Shown: positions 26,139-40,919 of the stretch, one piece after another
Layout of the letters: each line of letters begins with the position of its first letter
How positions within the stretch are numbered: the first letter of the stretch is position 1
DNA from: Macrostomum hystrix
Taxonomy: Eukaryota; Animalia; Platyhelminthes
Length of the DNA stretch: 64,000 nucleotides
Direction: 5' to 3'
Assembly: GCA_950097015.1 (NCBI GenBank)
Contig: CATNEN010000041.1
Span: 496,001 to 560,000 of the forward strand
Translations under genes and position numbers: made by a program
Notes under the pieces: model-generated
Database searches by the model: none
The model's input: the letters and a program-made list of their open reading frames with translations, nothing else
What the model was told of the DNA's origin: nothing

Positions 26139-29058
26139 ATGAGCTTCAACTTTCTCGCAGACTTGCCACTGCAGGGAGCAGATGGACTGGCTGTCCAGCA
26201 CCCAGTGCTCGCCGAGCACTCCTACTGCAAGAGCTGGCGCCGCATCCCAGCACTGCAGAAGTGCCAGCCACGGCGGACGGCATTATTTGATGTGCCAGAG
26301 GGTCGAGATGTGATTGATAGGTACACATGCTGCTAATTTAATATCAACAGCATTAGCATCCGTATTTGTAACTTATAAGTGCATTTCAAAGTCGCCAAGG
26401 CTTCTTTACAGCTACGGCAAGCCAGCCGAGCTGGACGTTGTTTCTGTGCCGGCCGCCGAAGCCAAACTGGTGTGCGTTGTCGATCGAGCCGAATGGCGCA
26501 GCGAGCACTGCATGCTGCACCGGCTGCAGCTCATTGGCGTGGCCGAATGCCCCGACCCGGAGCAATGGGAGGATGCCGTTTCCAGGTCAGATTAGCAATT
26601 GGTATTGCAATTGGGTTTGAGATGCTATATTCTGGCGTGTTCTCCCGAACCTACTAAAGATCCCAAGCTGCTATTAGCAAGTTTCACTGCAGCCATTGCT
26701 TCGCTTGCCATGCAGGGCTGGCTGGACTATGCAGCACAACCGTCTGTTTGACTCGATTGTCCGGATGCTGACAAGCGATGTGCTGGCAGCCTCCGTCACA
26801 CAGTCGGTAAGGCCACAAAGACCCTTGGTTTCCCTCAGTTCATTCGAGCTGCTAAACAGCCCGCCCACCCCGCCCTGCCGCAGCTGTCGCACTGGGACGT
26901 GCACCGGTGCCTGCAGGTGAAGCGGCTGGCCCGCAGCATGCGAAAGCTGCTGGGCTTGTACCAATGGGACCGGACCTTCCTGCTGCGCGCACACACCGCC
27001 CTCATCCATCACCTGCCGCTGCGCCTGCTGGCCTCCTACCTGGACGGCTTAGCGGCGCTGAATCGGCGCCACCCGGCGCTGGTGCAGCAGACTCTGCTGT
27101 CCGGCACTGGCGGCGCCAGCGAACGGCTGACCGCGGGCAGCTTCGGCCGTGCCAACATCACCGGCCAGGTCAGTCTTGCTCTTTAGTGTCATTCATTGAA
27201 GGCTATCAGGGAAGTCAGGGGGTGAGTGGCAGAGCGGTCTAACGCGTTTGCCTCTCGCACCAAGGTCCCTGAGCTCAATTTAGCGGCGAGGCCACATTCA
27301 TTTCGGGCGCAGCCGCAAAGAAAATGCTTGGGGGCTTATCGTGCCTGCGTGTGCCTGCGAACGGTGTCTGTGCGCATGCGTGCTCAGGAGTCAGCGAAAT
27401 GGGCGGAATCCTGCAAATAATATTTGTATTATTATCGGGGAAGTCACCACACCTGCCAACTCACCGCCGCTCTGCAGGTGCGCGAGTTGGTTGTCGGCGC
27501 CAGCGAGCCGGACTCGCTTGAGCGCCGTTTGTCGCGCGCCGAAATTCAAGCGGTGCAGCCGCCGCCGACTCCAGCAGATCGGCAGCCTAACAGGCTGGGC
27601 CTAGTCCTGCTGTCCAGTCTGCCCGCCACGGCGGCTCGGGTCCAATCACTGGCCTCCGCTCTTGGTCGCGTCGGTCACGTCAGCATTGTGGATGGTCGCT
27701 CGGCGCCCGGCTGCAGCGTTTCCGAATACTGCAGACAGGTGACTGCCACCACCTCCCCTGCTTCACTTGATCCAGCAACTTCCACTCCTCCCGCCTAATC
27801 AGTATTCCAAAACCTTCACTTTGAGCAACCCAACCTTTTCTCCATGGTTCGAAAATCCCAACGCTTTCCCATGGATTGAGCATCCCGGCCACTTGCCCAT
27901 AGTTCGAGCATCCCAACTCTTGTCCATAGTTTGAGCAACGCAACCACTTCCCACTTCCTGGACCATCTAATATTCCTCCCAATCGTATAGCATCCCTTCC
28001 GTACCCAAGCTGTCGCTGACTCTCAGTGTGCCGTTACGTCCCTGTGATTGGATGGTTCAGGCCGAGTAGGCCGAATGTATTGCAACGTGACCACAACTGC
28101 TCCCCAGGTGCTTGTCCGATTTCGCGCCCAGCTCAACCAGCCCGACTGCGACCGGGTCCTAGCCGTCTGCCTGGGCCCCTCGGCCTGCCTGGCCGGCACC
28201 TATCTGCTCTGCACCGTGCAGCGGCGCAACCAGCTGCCCGACTGCCTCGCTGGCTGCGTCCTTATTGGCCCGCCTAGCCGGGACATATTCGGCTGCCGCG
28301 GCTTCCCAGAGGACCACCTGCTGCACCACAGCCTGCCAAGCCTGCTGCTGCTGGGCACCGAGACCGGCTTCGCCTCAGCTGACGAGCTGGACTGGGTGCG
28401 CCAGCGCTGGCCGGCAAAGTCCCGCCTGGTGCTGTTCCCTGGCTGCGACCACTACCTGCGCGCCGGGCACCGCTGGCTGCGCGCCCTTCGGCTTTGCCAG
28501 GCTGGCGTCGACGCCCGAGCCGCCGGCGAGGTGGCCGACTTCGTTCGGCGTGACATCTTCGACGTTGAATCAACTGCCCTGCAGGTTGGCGATGAAGAGG
28601 CAGCATTAAACGAGGAGAGGGCGTCGGAGATGGGCAGCGAGGACACGGCTGACGCTGTGCCATCGCCAGCCAGCGGTGTCGGCTCTAGCGGGGTCTTCGA
28701 TGCGCCTGCGTTTTCCTCGATTATGCCGATGCCACTGTCCCTGCAGCTGCAGCCGTTTACTGCGACATCTTCGTCGACGTCCTCACCGGCTCCAGCAACG
28801 CCAACTTCCGCGTTCGGCACGGCTGCAAAAAAGCGAAAGCAGCGCCTTCAGGACCGCCTGCCCACCGGCGCCGGCAAGCTGGCTGCGTTCTCCTGGGGCC
28901 GTTCCGCGTTGAAGCAGACCGCCGCGCAGACGGTGACACCTGGTGGCATGGCCATTGGCATCGGCGCTGCGTTTGGTGAGTCTTCAACGCGCCCGCCGCA
29001 GCCACCGCCGCTGGACGACAAGGAGACCGCCAGCGCCATTAACTCCATTCTGGGCTGA
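26139..29058 (+). CDS. KANSL3: KAT8 regulatory NSL complex subunit 3 (KANSL3/Rcd1), about 662 aa, 6 exons
   Basis: Phase-consistent exons 26139-26320, 26412-26585, 26716-26806, 26839-27168, 27478-27738 and 28108-29058. Motifs EHSYCKSW, WEDAVSRAGWTMQHNRLF, LLASYLDGL and the C-terminal alpha/beta-hydrolase-like LLLLG...LVLFPGCDHYLR parallel KANSL3. Confidence 0.88.
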
Positions 29059-30585
29059 GATACTGTGGGTGGCATGGTCTTATTATTTAGAGTTTTCTCT
29101 CTGCACCAGTCTATTAGCTTAATCTAAGTCCTAATGTCTAAATTAACTGCGCACTCGAGGCCTTTCTGTGGGTCATAGTGCTGGCAAATGCAATCTGGCT
29201 AAAATTGTTATTAAATCGTTTTTGTTGTGCATCTATCTCATTGTATACACTGAGGATAGTATAATATGAATTTTAGTCTGCCAAATATTGGTGTCCATTG
29301 TTGTTTAGTTTAACAAATAAAATATACACTTCTCTACGAGCGTATCTCATGAACTCGCGTGGCATTTCCCTGACGGCGCAGTACATTCTGACTGCATGCT
29401 TGATTGCACGTTTAAATAATCAAATTTTCATGCAATGTGTCACATTTGCAATTAATTAAACATTTTCTTTACAAGAATTCAAACTAATTTAGTATGGTAA
29501 ACCTTCACTAATAGTGCTTCACGGGATAGCGCAAGTTGCGAGAGTTCTTTGTTTTGGTGACTAGGAAATTCAATTAGTATTTAGACTCAGTTTCCTACAC
29601 GTCAAACAGGTTTTTGGTTTGTCTGGTTTACTTTTGCAGCTGTTTACGCAAATTGAATTCTCGTCTAAGCAAAGTTTCTAGCACTTGATAAAGAATTTTT
29701 TCAGCAGCTATAGTCTATCCTACTAATAAACGTTCGCAAAGCTATTTGATTATGCGAATCGGCCACTATTAATTCTAGCACATTCAAAGCCTTTGAGTGT
29801 AACAAATGTGAACCAAGCGAATCGCGATTTTAATGCCTAGTCTCGTTCCTCTGCACTCTTGTCTATGTACCTTCAATTCTTTAAGTCAGTCTCACCTCGT
29901 TCTATCTCTGTTTGTTTATCTTACCTCTAGTTACAAAAAATTACAATAAGAAATATATACATAAATTGTACTGTCTAGGATACAGCGCCCTCTCACTGTA
30001 AGTAAAGTGAGTTAAAGTAGGATTCCAGGCATTTCGGCGACACGGAAAATGGTGACTTCGGCGACAAGCAATGTTAAATTCGGCGAAAAGACCGACCAAG
30101 TGTGTGACAATTGCATTGACTTTGACTTGGATTGAGTTAGAACGCTCTTGGAAACACACAGTTGTACTCAGACAATAAGACATCTGACTAGTACTTAGGT
30201 TAGGTTTAGGTTGGCTGCAGGCCAGCATTTAAAAGTCCAAATCTTGCTATTCGCCTTTCTGTATTATATATGCAAAAAGTGAAAAAATGCTATTCTTAAG
30301 GACTTTCTGCTTGCTCAATTCTCAAAACTCGCTACTTTGTTAAAAAACAGGATTTTTTATTTCAAACGTTAAAATGCCACAATAGGTTTCCAGGAATCTT
30401 CCTAGAACATTCCATTATCATAAAAAGTTATATTTCCTGCCTTCTTTTTGAGATGTTAATGTCAGTAGGCCTAGTCTAAAAAACAAACCTCTACTAATAA
30501 TTTTTCAATTAAAAACTTTTTAATATAAAAGATTACTTCATTGTTTATTTATTTCACAGCGACTAACATCAATCCATTTTCCAAG

Positions 30586-33085
<2,500 letters not shown>

Positions 33086-34089
33086 TCCTGCGTTCTGCTT
33101 TTGCGCCGGAGAAACACTGCTACGATATAATACTACTGTTACAAATGAGCAGTAGTGTGATACGTCCTTTTTGCACCAGTTCCCTGTTTCTCACCTAATC
33201 TCCATTTTCATAACGAAAATCCTGAAGTTGATATGTTTTTCTGAATCTGTTTGTGATTCTTTGGTTGGCCCGCCACGACACAGTGTGCTTACAAATAGTT
33301 TTTAAACAGGTTTCTGTTCGGTGTTTTTATTTTTATTTCGGGCTTTGTCAAATTTTTATTAGCTCTTTTATTTCTCATTTTGTTTTAGATAGTTCTTGCT
33401 TTGTTTTTGACAGTCCGTTTTCTGTTTTCTCTGAACAATGTCACAGCTAGCTGCTGTCTCTGCCGCAGTGTCACACTTGAGTTTTTAGTGCCTTCTAGTT
33501 GCATTTTCTGATATTTACTTTTTCTGTTAGTTACTATTGTAATGCACGAGCCGACAGATACGCGGGTACAGGATCAAAGTGATGAAGTGAGCTGCAACTG
33601 CTATTAAATATAGTGATAAACTATGATCCTATACAAACCGGAAACATTCCCCCTCTCTGTTCTCTTCAAATGTGTAAGGAGTTGCGCAAAAATCGCTTAG
33701 TTTTCTGTTTTTATTTAAAATCAATCCATTCGGTTGGTAAAGAATTGCCGCATTCCGTTTAAGGGTGAGCTGCGTTTAATTTAATTTTCTACACACTATT
33801 CATTGAATCAGAACGGCAGTTCAAAGTAAAAGGCCGCCATAAAAGAAAATGTGAATCAGTCACGGCAGGCATTGCTATTGTCGCCGGCCGAACGGTAATG
33901 AATCGCTATTACTATTGTATTGCTAGCAGACGGCTAGTGCATATGCACTAGTGAATCAGTGCATAATCATTTTACAACAAGTTTAGCATCTAAGTCAGCA
34001 ATTAGAAATCCTTTGATTCTTGAGGGAGCGGAACTATGCAACATTCGCAAACGATAATTGGCAGCATAATTGTCTGCGACTCGCTCAGC

Positions 34090-35851
34090 CTAGTTCCTCA
34101 AATCCTCCGGCAGCTCCTCCATGTGCGGAAAGCTCGTCTGCGTGCCCGGCCGGGTGACGCTGATGGCCGCGATGCGCACGGCCCGACCGACCCGATCGGC
34201 GAACGGCAGGTCAGGCCGGCGGGCGCAGAAGTAGGCAAGGCTGCCCACGAATGCGTCCCCGGCACCCTAGATGCGGTGGCGAAGGGACTCTGACACGCTG
34301 ACAAAACAGCCACAGTCTTCCCTAACAGCTGACAACAGCTGACCAACTAGTATTCACCATTTCAGCCCAAGCAGCTCACCGTGGTATCTACGGCTTCAAC
34401 AACGGGTGCTGGAAGGCGCACAATCTCAGCGCCTTCAAGGAACGCAACACCGTTGGCGCCTAAAGTCACCATCGGCAGGCGGCAGCCTCGGTCGCGTAGG
34501 CAGCGAAGCACAGCTGCGACATCCTCATCGGTGGTGCAGGGCAGGCCGGTGATGGCCGTGGCCTCCTGCTGGTTCGGACAGACCACATCAGCCAGCGCCA
34601 GCAGCTCCGGCGGCGCCGGAGTTACTGGCGCCGGCGCCGGGTTCAGTATAGTCAATGCGCCGGCATCCCTGGACGGTGAGGGAGATTGGGAGTATCCGGC
34701 CCATTCTAAATAGGATAAGTAGAAGCATGGAGAAGTACAGACGGTTTGAAATGAGTAGCGGAAGGTGTGTGATAAGTAGCGGGATGTTATGTGATAAGTA
34801 GCGGAGGGTGTGGGATAAGTAGCGGAGGGTGTGGGATGAGTAGCGGGGGTGTGGGATGAGTAGCGGAGGTGTGAAAGGAAAGGGGAATAATGGGAAGTGA
34901 GTAGCTGAAGTCCCACCTGGCCACCTGCAGCGCCCTGGTGGTGACATCGAGTGGCACCTCCAGCTGGCACACCACCACCTTGGCCGCTGACAAAACCCCC
35001 GCCGCCCTGTCGATGTCAGCAGGCGTGATTCGGAAGTTCGCTCCAGGAACCACAATGATGGTGTTCTCGCCGCCTCCAGTCACGGTGATAGAGGCCACGC
35101 CGGTGTTGGCTCCCGGCTCCACCAGCAGGTGCTCTGGCGGATTGAGGCGTGGCGATGCGCGCAACGGCGGCTGCACAAATGTGCTAAAAATATAGAGCGC
35201 AAGACAAGCGAATCTCAGCGGAGGCTTACCAGTTTGTATGCCGTGCTGGCTGAAGAACTTCATGTACTCCAGACCGAACAGGTCATCGCCAATCTGGGCG
35301 GCGATGAAACATTTAAAGCTGAGACAGTTTCGGTCTAATTTTGCCACACATGCAAAACACTTGTCAAGCAGGTCGAAAACCAGTCACACAGGCGGAAACC
35401 TGTTAAATACCCCCGTCTCTAACGCAAAGTACGCTTCTAGCAGGTCAAGCATGGGCAACAGGTGAAGCAACCTGTTTAACAGGTAAAGCATCCTCTTCAA
35501 CAGGTGAAGCATCCTATTTAACAGGTGAAGCATCCTGTCCAACAGATGAAGCATCCTGTCCAAGAGGTGAAGCATTCTGTCCAAGAGGTGAAGCATTCTG
35601 TCCAAGAGGTGAAGCATCCTGTCTAACAAGTGACAATCCACCTTGCCTACCTTGCCCACCATGGCGGTGCTGGCTCCCAGGAACCTGGCCATTGTGCACT
35701 GATTGGCTCCCTTCCCGCCGGCGCCCATGCCAAAGCTGGAGCCGATGCGAGTCTCGCCGGGCCGCACGGTGGTGTCGACGTAGGCGATGAGGTCATAGAC
35801 AATGCTGCCCACCACGGCCACATCGAAGGTTTTAGCGCTGCCGGACTGCAT
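34090..35851 (-). CDS. RBKS: Ribokinase (PfkB family), 315 aa, 5 exons
   Basis: Exons 35851-35651, 35293-35230, 35133-34917, 34668-34380 and 34266-34090. Motifs [28 protein letters not shown] and the PfkB signature VDTTGAGDAF. Confidence 0.93.
34753..34871 (+). repeat. Short 20-21-bp tandem repeat (AGTAGCGGAGGGTGTGGGAT) in ribokinase intron 3
   Basis: About five or six degenerate units. Confidence 0.8.
35455..35625 (+). repeat. 21-bp tandem repeat (CAACAGGTGAAGCATCCTGTC) in ribokinase intron 1
   Basis: About eight units. It produces the (LLDRMLH)n tail of ORF 35384-35851. Confidence 0.85.
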
Positions 35852-35992
35852 GCCTTCTGGCTGGAGCTGGACTGACCGCGAGCTGCAATCGGAGACTCAG
35901 CTGGTTTCAGCTCGGCTCCCATGCCACTTCTCCGTCCCAAACCTAGCTGAACTGAGTAGTGCTCAACCCCAGCTTCTTGGCTTCTGCTGCTG

Positions 35993-37470
35993 AACCCATC
36001 GCTGAATCCTAGCACTAAAGCCCAGGGATCTCTTAGCTCCAGCCATCGCTGAACCCTAGCACTAAAGCCCAAGGATCTCTTAGCTCCAGCCATCGCTGAA
36101 CCCTAGCACTAAAGCCCAGGGATCTCTTAGCTCCAGCCATCGCTGAACCCTAGCACTAAAGCCCAAGGATCTCTTAGCTCCAGCCATCGCTGAACCCTAG
36201 CACTAAAGCCCAAGGATCTCTTAGCTCCAGCCATCGCTGAACCCTAGCACTAAAGCCCAGGGATCTCTTAGCTCCAGCCATCGCTGAATCCTAGCACTAA
36301 AGCCCAGGGATCTCTTAGCTCCAGCCATCGCTGAACCCTAGCACTAAAGCCCAGGGATCTCTTAGCTCCAGCCATCGCTGAATCCTAGCACTAAAGCCCA
36401 AGGATCTCTTAGCTCCAGCCATCGCTGAACCCTAGCACTAAAGCCCAGGGATCTCTCAGCTCCAGCCATCGCTGAACCCTAGCACTAAAGCCCAGGGATC
36501 TCTTAGCTCCAGCCATCGCTGAATCCTAGCACTAAAGCCCAAGGATCTCTTAGCTCCAGCCATCGCTGAACCCTAGCACTAAAGCCCAGGGATCTCTCAG
36601 CTCCAGCCATCGCTGAACCCTAGCACTAAAGCCCAAGGATCTCTTAGCTCCAGCCATCGCTGAACCCTAGCACTAAAGCCCAAGGATCTCTTAGCTCCAG
36701 CCATCGCTGAACCCTAGCACTAAAGCCCAGGGATCTCTCAGCTCCAGCCATCGCTGAACCCTAGCACTAAAGCCCAGGGATCTCTTAGCTCCAGCCATCG
36801 CTGAATCCTAGCACTAAAGCCCAAGGATCTCTTAGCTCCAGCCATCGCTGAACCCTAGCACTAAAGCCCAAGGATCTCTTAGCTCCAGCCATCGCTGAAC
36901 CCTAGCACTAAAGCCCAGGGATCTCTTAGCTCCAGCCATCGCTGAATCCTAGCACTAAAGCCCAGGGATCTCTTAGCTCCAGCCATCGCTGAACCCTAGC
37001 ACTAAAGCCCAGGGATCTCTTAGCTCCAGCCATCGCTGAATCCTAGCACTAAAGCCCAAGGATCTCTTAGCTCCAGCCATCGCTGAACCCTAGCACTAAA
37101 GCCCAGGGATCTCTCAGCTCCAGCCATCGCTGAACCCTAGCACTAAAGCCCAGGGATCTCTTAGCTCCAGCCATCGCTGAATCCTAGCACTAAAGCCCAG
37201 GGATCTCTTAGCTCCAGCCATTGCTGAACCCTAGCACTAAAGCCCAGGGATCTCTTAGCTCCAGCCATCGCTGAACCCTAGCACTAAAGCCCAGGGATCT
37301 CTTAGCTCCAGCCATCGCTGAATCCTAGCACTAAAGCCCAAGGATCTCTTAGCTCCAGCCATCGCTGAACCCTAGCACTAAAGCCCAAGGATCTCTTAGC
37401 TCCAGCCATCGCTGAACCCTAGCACTAAAGCCCAGGGATCTCTTAGCTCCAGCCATCGCTGAACCCTAGC
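35993..37470 (+). repeat. 47-bp minisatellite, about 31 copies
   Basis: Unit CCATCGCTGAACCCTAGCACTAAAGCCCAGGGATCTCTTAGCTCCAG, beginning about 140 bp upstream of the ribokinase ATG. Confidence 0.95.
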
Positions 37471-38057
37471 AATGGCTGGAGCTAAAACCCGTGTTAACCC
37501 ATGAGCCGAAACCCATGTTAAAACTCAGCAGGAACAGCCAGCAGTTCAGCAGTTACCTGTTTAGACGCCCTTACTAAGCACAGAAATGCGATTATATTAA
37601 GTCTTTAACACTTGGCTGCACATCTGTCTCCAGCTGTTCACTATAAGTCACCCGCATTCAACTAAAGGGTATAAAGCACTCAGATAAGATAAGAAGCAGC
37701 CATACCCGTTGCAGTCCTATTCACTGACTATTTTAGATACTACTAACTGAACCGTTGCGCCAGTAGTAGTAACGAGCTATATTGTTCTGTACTGATAAAG
37801 ACAATAAATAAACTGGAAAGCAACAGGGACAGTTAAGTGTGCACAATGTTAAATTTAGAAACATAAATCATTCGAACGCACGGGTTTGATGGACAAGTTG
37901 ACATTTATTTAACCTCAAGTAATTCAAAGTCTTACTTTGCTGTAGGCAGTTAATAGTAAATTCAAATTTACAAAGGACTTGTTAACGATTCTACCTGCCG
38001 CGGGAGCTGTTCTTATGGTGTTGGAGGCTCTCTGTGGTGGGGCACACGGGGTGTAGG

Positions 38058-38948
38058 AATCTACTTCTCTTCGCTCAATCTACTTCTCTTCGCTCAATCT
38101 ACTTCTCTTCGCTCAATCTACTTCTCTTCGCTCAATCTACTTCTCTTCGCTCAATCTACTTCTCTTCGCTCAATCTACTTCTCTTCGCTCAATCTACTTC
38201 TCTTCGCTCAATCTACTTCTCTTCCCTCAAACTACTTCTCTTCGCTCAATCTACTTCTCTTCCCTCAATCTACTTCTCTTCCGTCAATCTACTTCTCTTC
38301 CCTCAATCTACTTCTCTTCCGTCAATCTACTTCTCTTCCCTCAATCTACTTCTCTTTCCTCAATCTACTTCTCTTCCCTCAAACTACTTCTCTTCCCTCA
38401 ATCTACTTCTCTTCGCTCAATCTACTTCTCTTCGCTCAATCTACTTCTCTTCGCTCAATCTACTTCTCTTCGCTCAATCTACTTCTCTTCGCTCAATCTA
38501 CTTCTCTTCGCTCAATCTACTTCTCTTCCCTCAAACTACTTCTCTTCCGTCAATCTACTTCTCTTCCCTCAATCTACTTCTCTTCCCTCAATCTACTTCT
38601 CTTCCCTCAATCTACTTCTCTTCCGTCAATCTACTTCTCTTCCCTCAATCTACTTCTCTTTCCTCAATCTACTTCTCTTCCCTCAAACTACTTCTCTTCC
38701 CTCAATCTACTTCTCTTCCCTCAAACTACTTCTCTTCCGTCAATCTACTTCTCTTCCCTCAATCTACTTCTCTTCCCTCAATCTACTTCTCTTCCCTCAA
38801 TCTACTTCTCTTCCGTCAATCTACTTCTCTTCCCTCAATCTACTTCTCTTTCCTCAATCTACTTCTCTTCCCTCAAACTACTTCTCTTCCCTCAATCTAC
38901 TTCTCTTCCCTCAATCTACTTCTCTTCCCTCAAACTACTTCTCTTCCC
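38058..38948 (+). repeat. 19-bp pyrimidine-rich minisatellite (AATCTACTTCTCTTCGCTC), about 47 copies
   Basis: Tandem repeat. It produces the spurious ORF 38034-38963. Confidence 0.95.
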
Positions 38949-39078
38949 CTCACCAGTATTTGATTAAGGACATGCGTCGTTAGCCAGCTTGAAATAAGAG
39001 TACAAGAGTGAAAGTTTTCTCTCAGAAGACTCAGAATTTTCAAACAGTCTCAAGGCTGCCGAAATGCACCCGAGAACG

Positions 39079-40277
39079 TCAGGGCCTCGGGCCGACCCTG
39101 TTGAACAGCAGATCCTTGATGAGCAGGCCGGACAGGGCGCTGAGCTCCTCGGTGACCAGCCGGCCAGTGTCCCTGGCCAGCTTCGCCACCCGGTCGTCAG
39201 AGTCCAGCGCGTCCAAGAGAGCGGACTGGCGGCCCATGCCGGCCTCTGCCTGCTCGAGTTTGTCTGCCAGGTCGCGCGACTGGGACAGCAGGTAGTCAGA
39301 CTGGGAGAACAGAGTGTTGCTGCTCAGGGTGCTCACCCAGTAGCGACTCCACAGCCGGTTGAGCAGGTGCGAGTCCAGGCTCGAGCGGAAGTATGAGACC
39401 TTGGGAAGATAAGCGGCTGTGTTCAATGCGAATCTGATCCCGCAAGCTTATGGGAACTGGACTGTCTCAGGGCCAATTACAAAGTTGAGCACACTTCTCA
39501 TGAGCACATGACTGCCATCAGTAGTAAAACCTGAGCAGGCACTGTTTTAAACTAGATCTAAAAGCCCTAACCCAATAAAAAGCGATCGGTGCCCACCTCG
39601 AGCGCGTAGTACTGCCGACAGTGCACGCCGAAGTCCTCGATCTTATTGAGCGGGATTGGCTGGTACTGGGACGGCGGCTCATCGGCCGGCTTGTAGCCCT
39701 GCGGGTAGGTGCGGAATGCGCCCAGCTCCACCCGGCCAGCCGAGATGGTCCTGACGTGGTCCACCACGATGGCCAGGTAGGGATCTTCGTACTGCTGATG
39801 CGTGGTCTGGGTGGTGACGTCGATACCGCTGAGCCAGCAGCCATAGCCGGGGTGGCTGTGGTACCAGCCGATCACATTGTCCAGCCGGCCGACTCGCCTG
39901 GAGTCCTCGTGGTAGGTGCACATGTACTCGTTGGCCTGAGCCTGCGCGTTAACGCGAGTCTCGGTGCCTTCTACCGGCAGTGCGAAGCTGTCGGTGACCA
40001 CCATGGTGTTGGGCAGGATGCGGCCCCGGATTATTCCCATCACTTCGTGCTTGGCGCCCGACTTGGCATGCATCAGCATCTTGATGAGTGCGGTCGCACT
40101 GATGCGCGCGTACTTGAAGTACGTGTGATCACGCGACCACGGAGCTCCCTGCACGAGCTTTTGGTGCTCCTCCGGGTTGATGCGGAAGATCTCGTCTGTG
40201 GGAGCCAGCTCTTTCACTTCGTTGCTAAGGAGAAAACGCTTGAGCGCCGCGTCCACGTTCGGAGCGCTGGTTGCCAT
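39079..40277 (-). CDS. COPS5: COP9 signalosome subunit 5 (JAMM metalloprotease), 333 aa, 2 exons
   Basis: Exons 40277-39597 and 39399-39079. Motifs [37 protein letters not shown], the JAMM motif [30 protein letters not shown] and [14 protein letters not shown]. Confidence 0.96.
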
Positions 40278-40919
40278 GGTTATTGAAGGCGCTGCAAAAG
40301 TTCAAATAAAGTAATGAAAGATTCTACACGCAAAAATTATTTCCTACGGGGAAATGAATTCAAATAAATAAACGATTAGACTGCTAATCTATCCTGTGGA
40401 GAACGGATCATAATATACTGCTAATCTATACTGTGGAAGAAGGGATTATAATGGACTGCTAATCTATCTCACAGGGGCTTTAATTTTACCCATCAAATTT
40501 TGTTCGCAAAATACATGAAAAATTTAAACTTTTGAGCTTTTAATACTCGAACACATCACGAAGCAGCGAATCTATCTATATTCCTGAAAAGCAATGCCTA
40601 AAATAAGGAATAACCAGCACTTCTTCGCAGCAGAACCATAATAACCTAACAGCAGCAACCACACACATCCAGTATTCTGACCAAAATAAATCTTTGAGTG
40701 AAAAACAGACCGGCTCCAGGGCACGAGTTCAATGGCTATGCTGCACACAATTAAAATATTAATTAGACCGAATTTTATTAACGGTATGGGCCTAATTTAG
40801 CATCAGGCTACTCATAGTAGACAACAATGGAACATATAAGACTGACAATATACTCTTAGTCGATGCATTACAAAAGCTTGCAAGAATTTTACAACAAATG
40901 AAAGAATTTCGCTGGGAGG

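Noticed and set aside
33571-33629. C/D-box snoRNA-like segment (GGATCA...GTGATGA...TGATCC)
   Set aside because: It has a C box and terminal stem, but the D box reads ATGA rather than CTGA, the segment is short and not intronic, and no guide target was identified.
35993-37470. Regular repeat arrays as CRISPR-like loci
   Set aside because: The units are head-to-tail with no unique spacers, no cas genes are present, and the context is eukaryotic.
38034-38963. 309-aa hydrophobic ORF
   Set aside because: It is entirely a 19-bp pyrimidine-rich tandem repeat.
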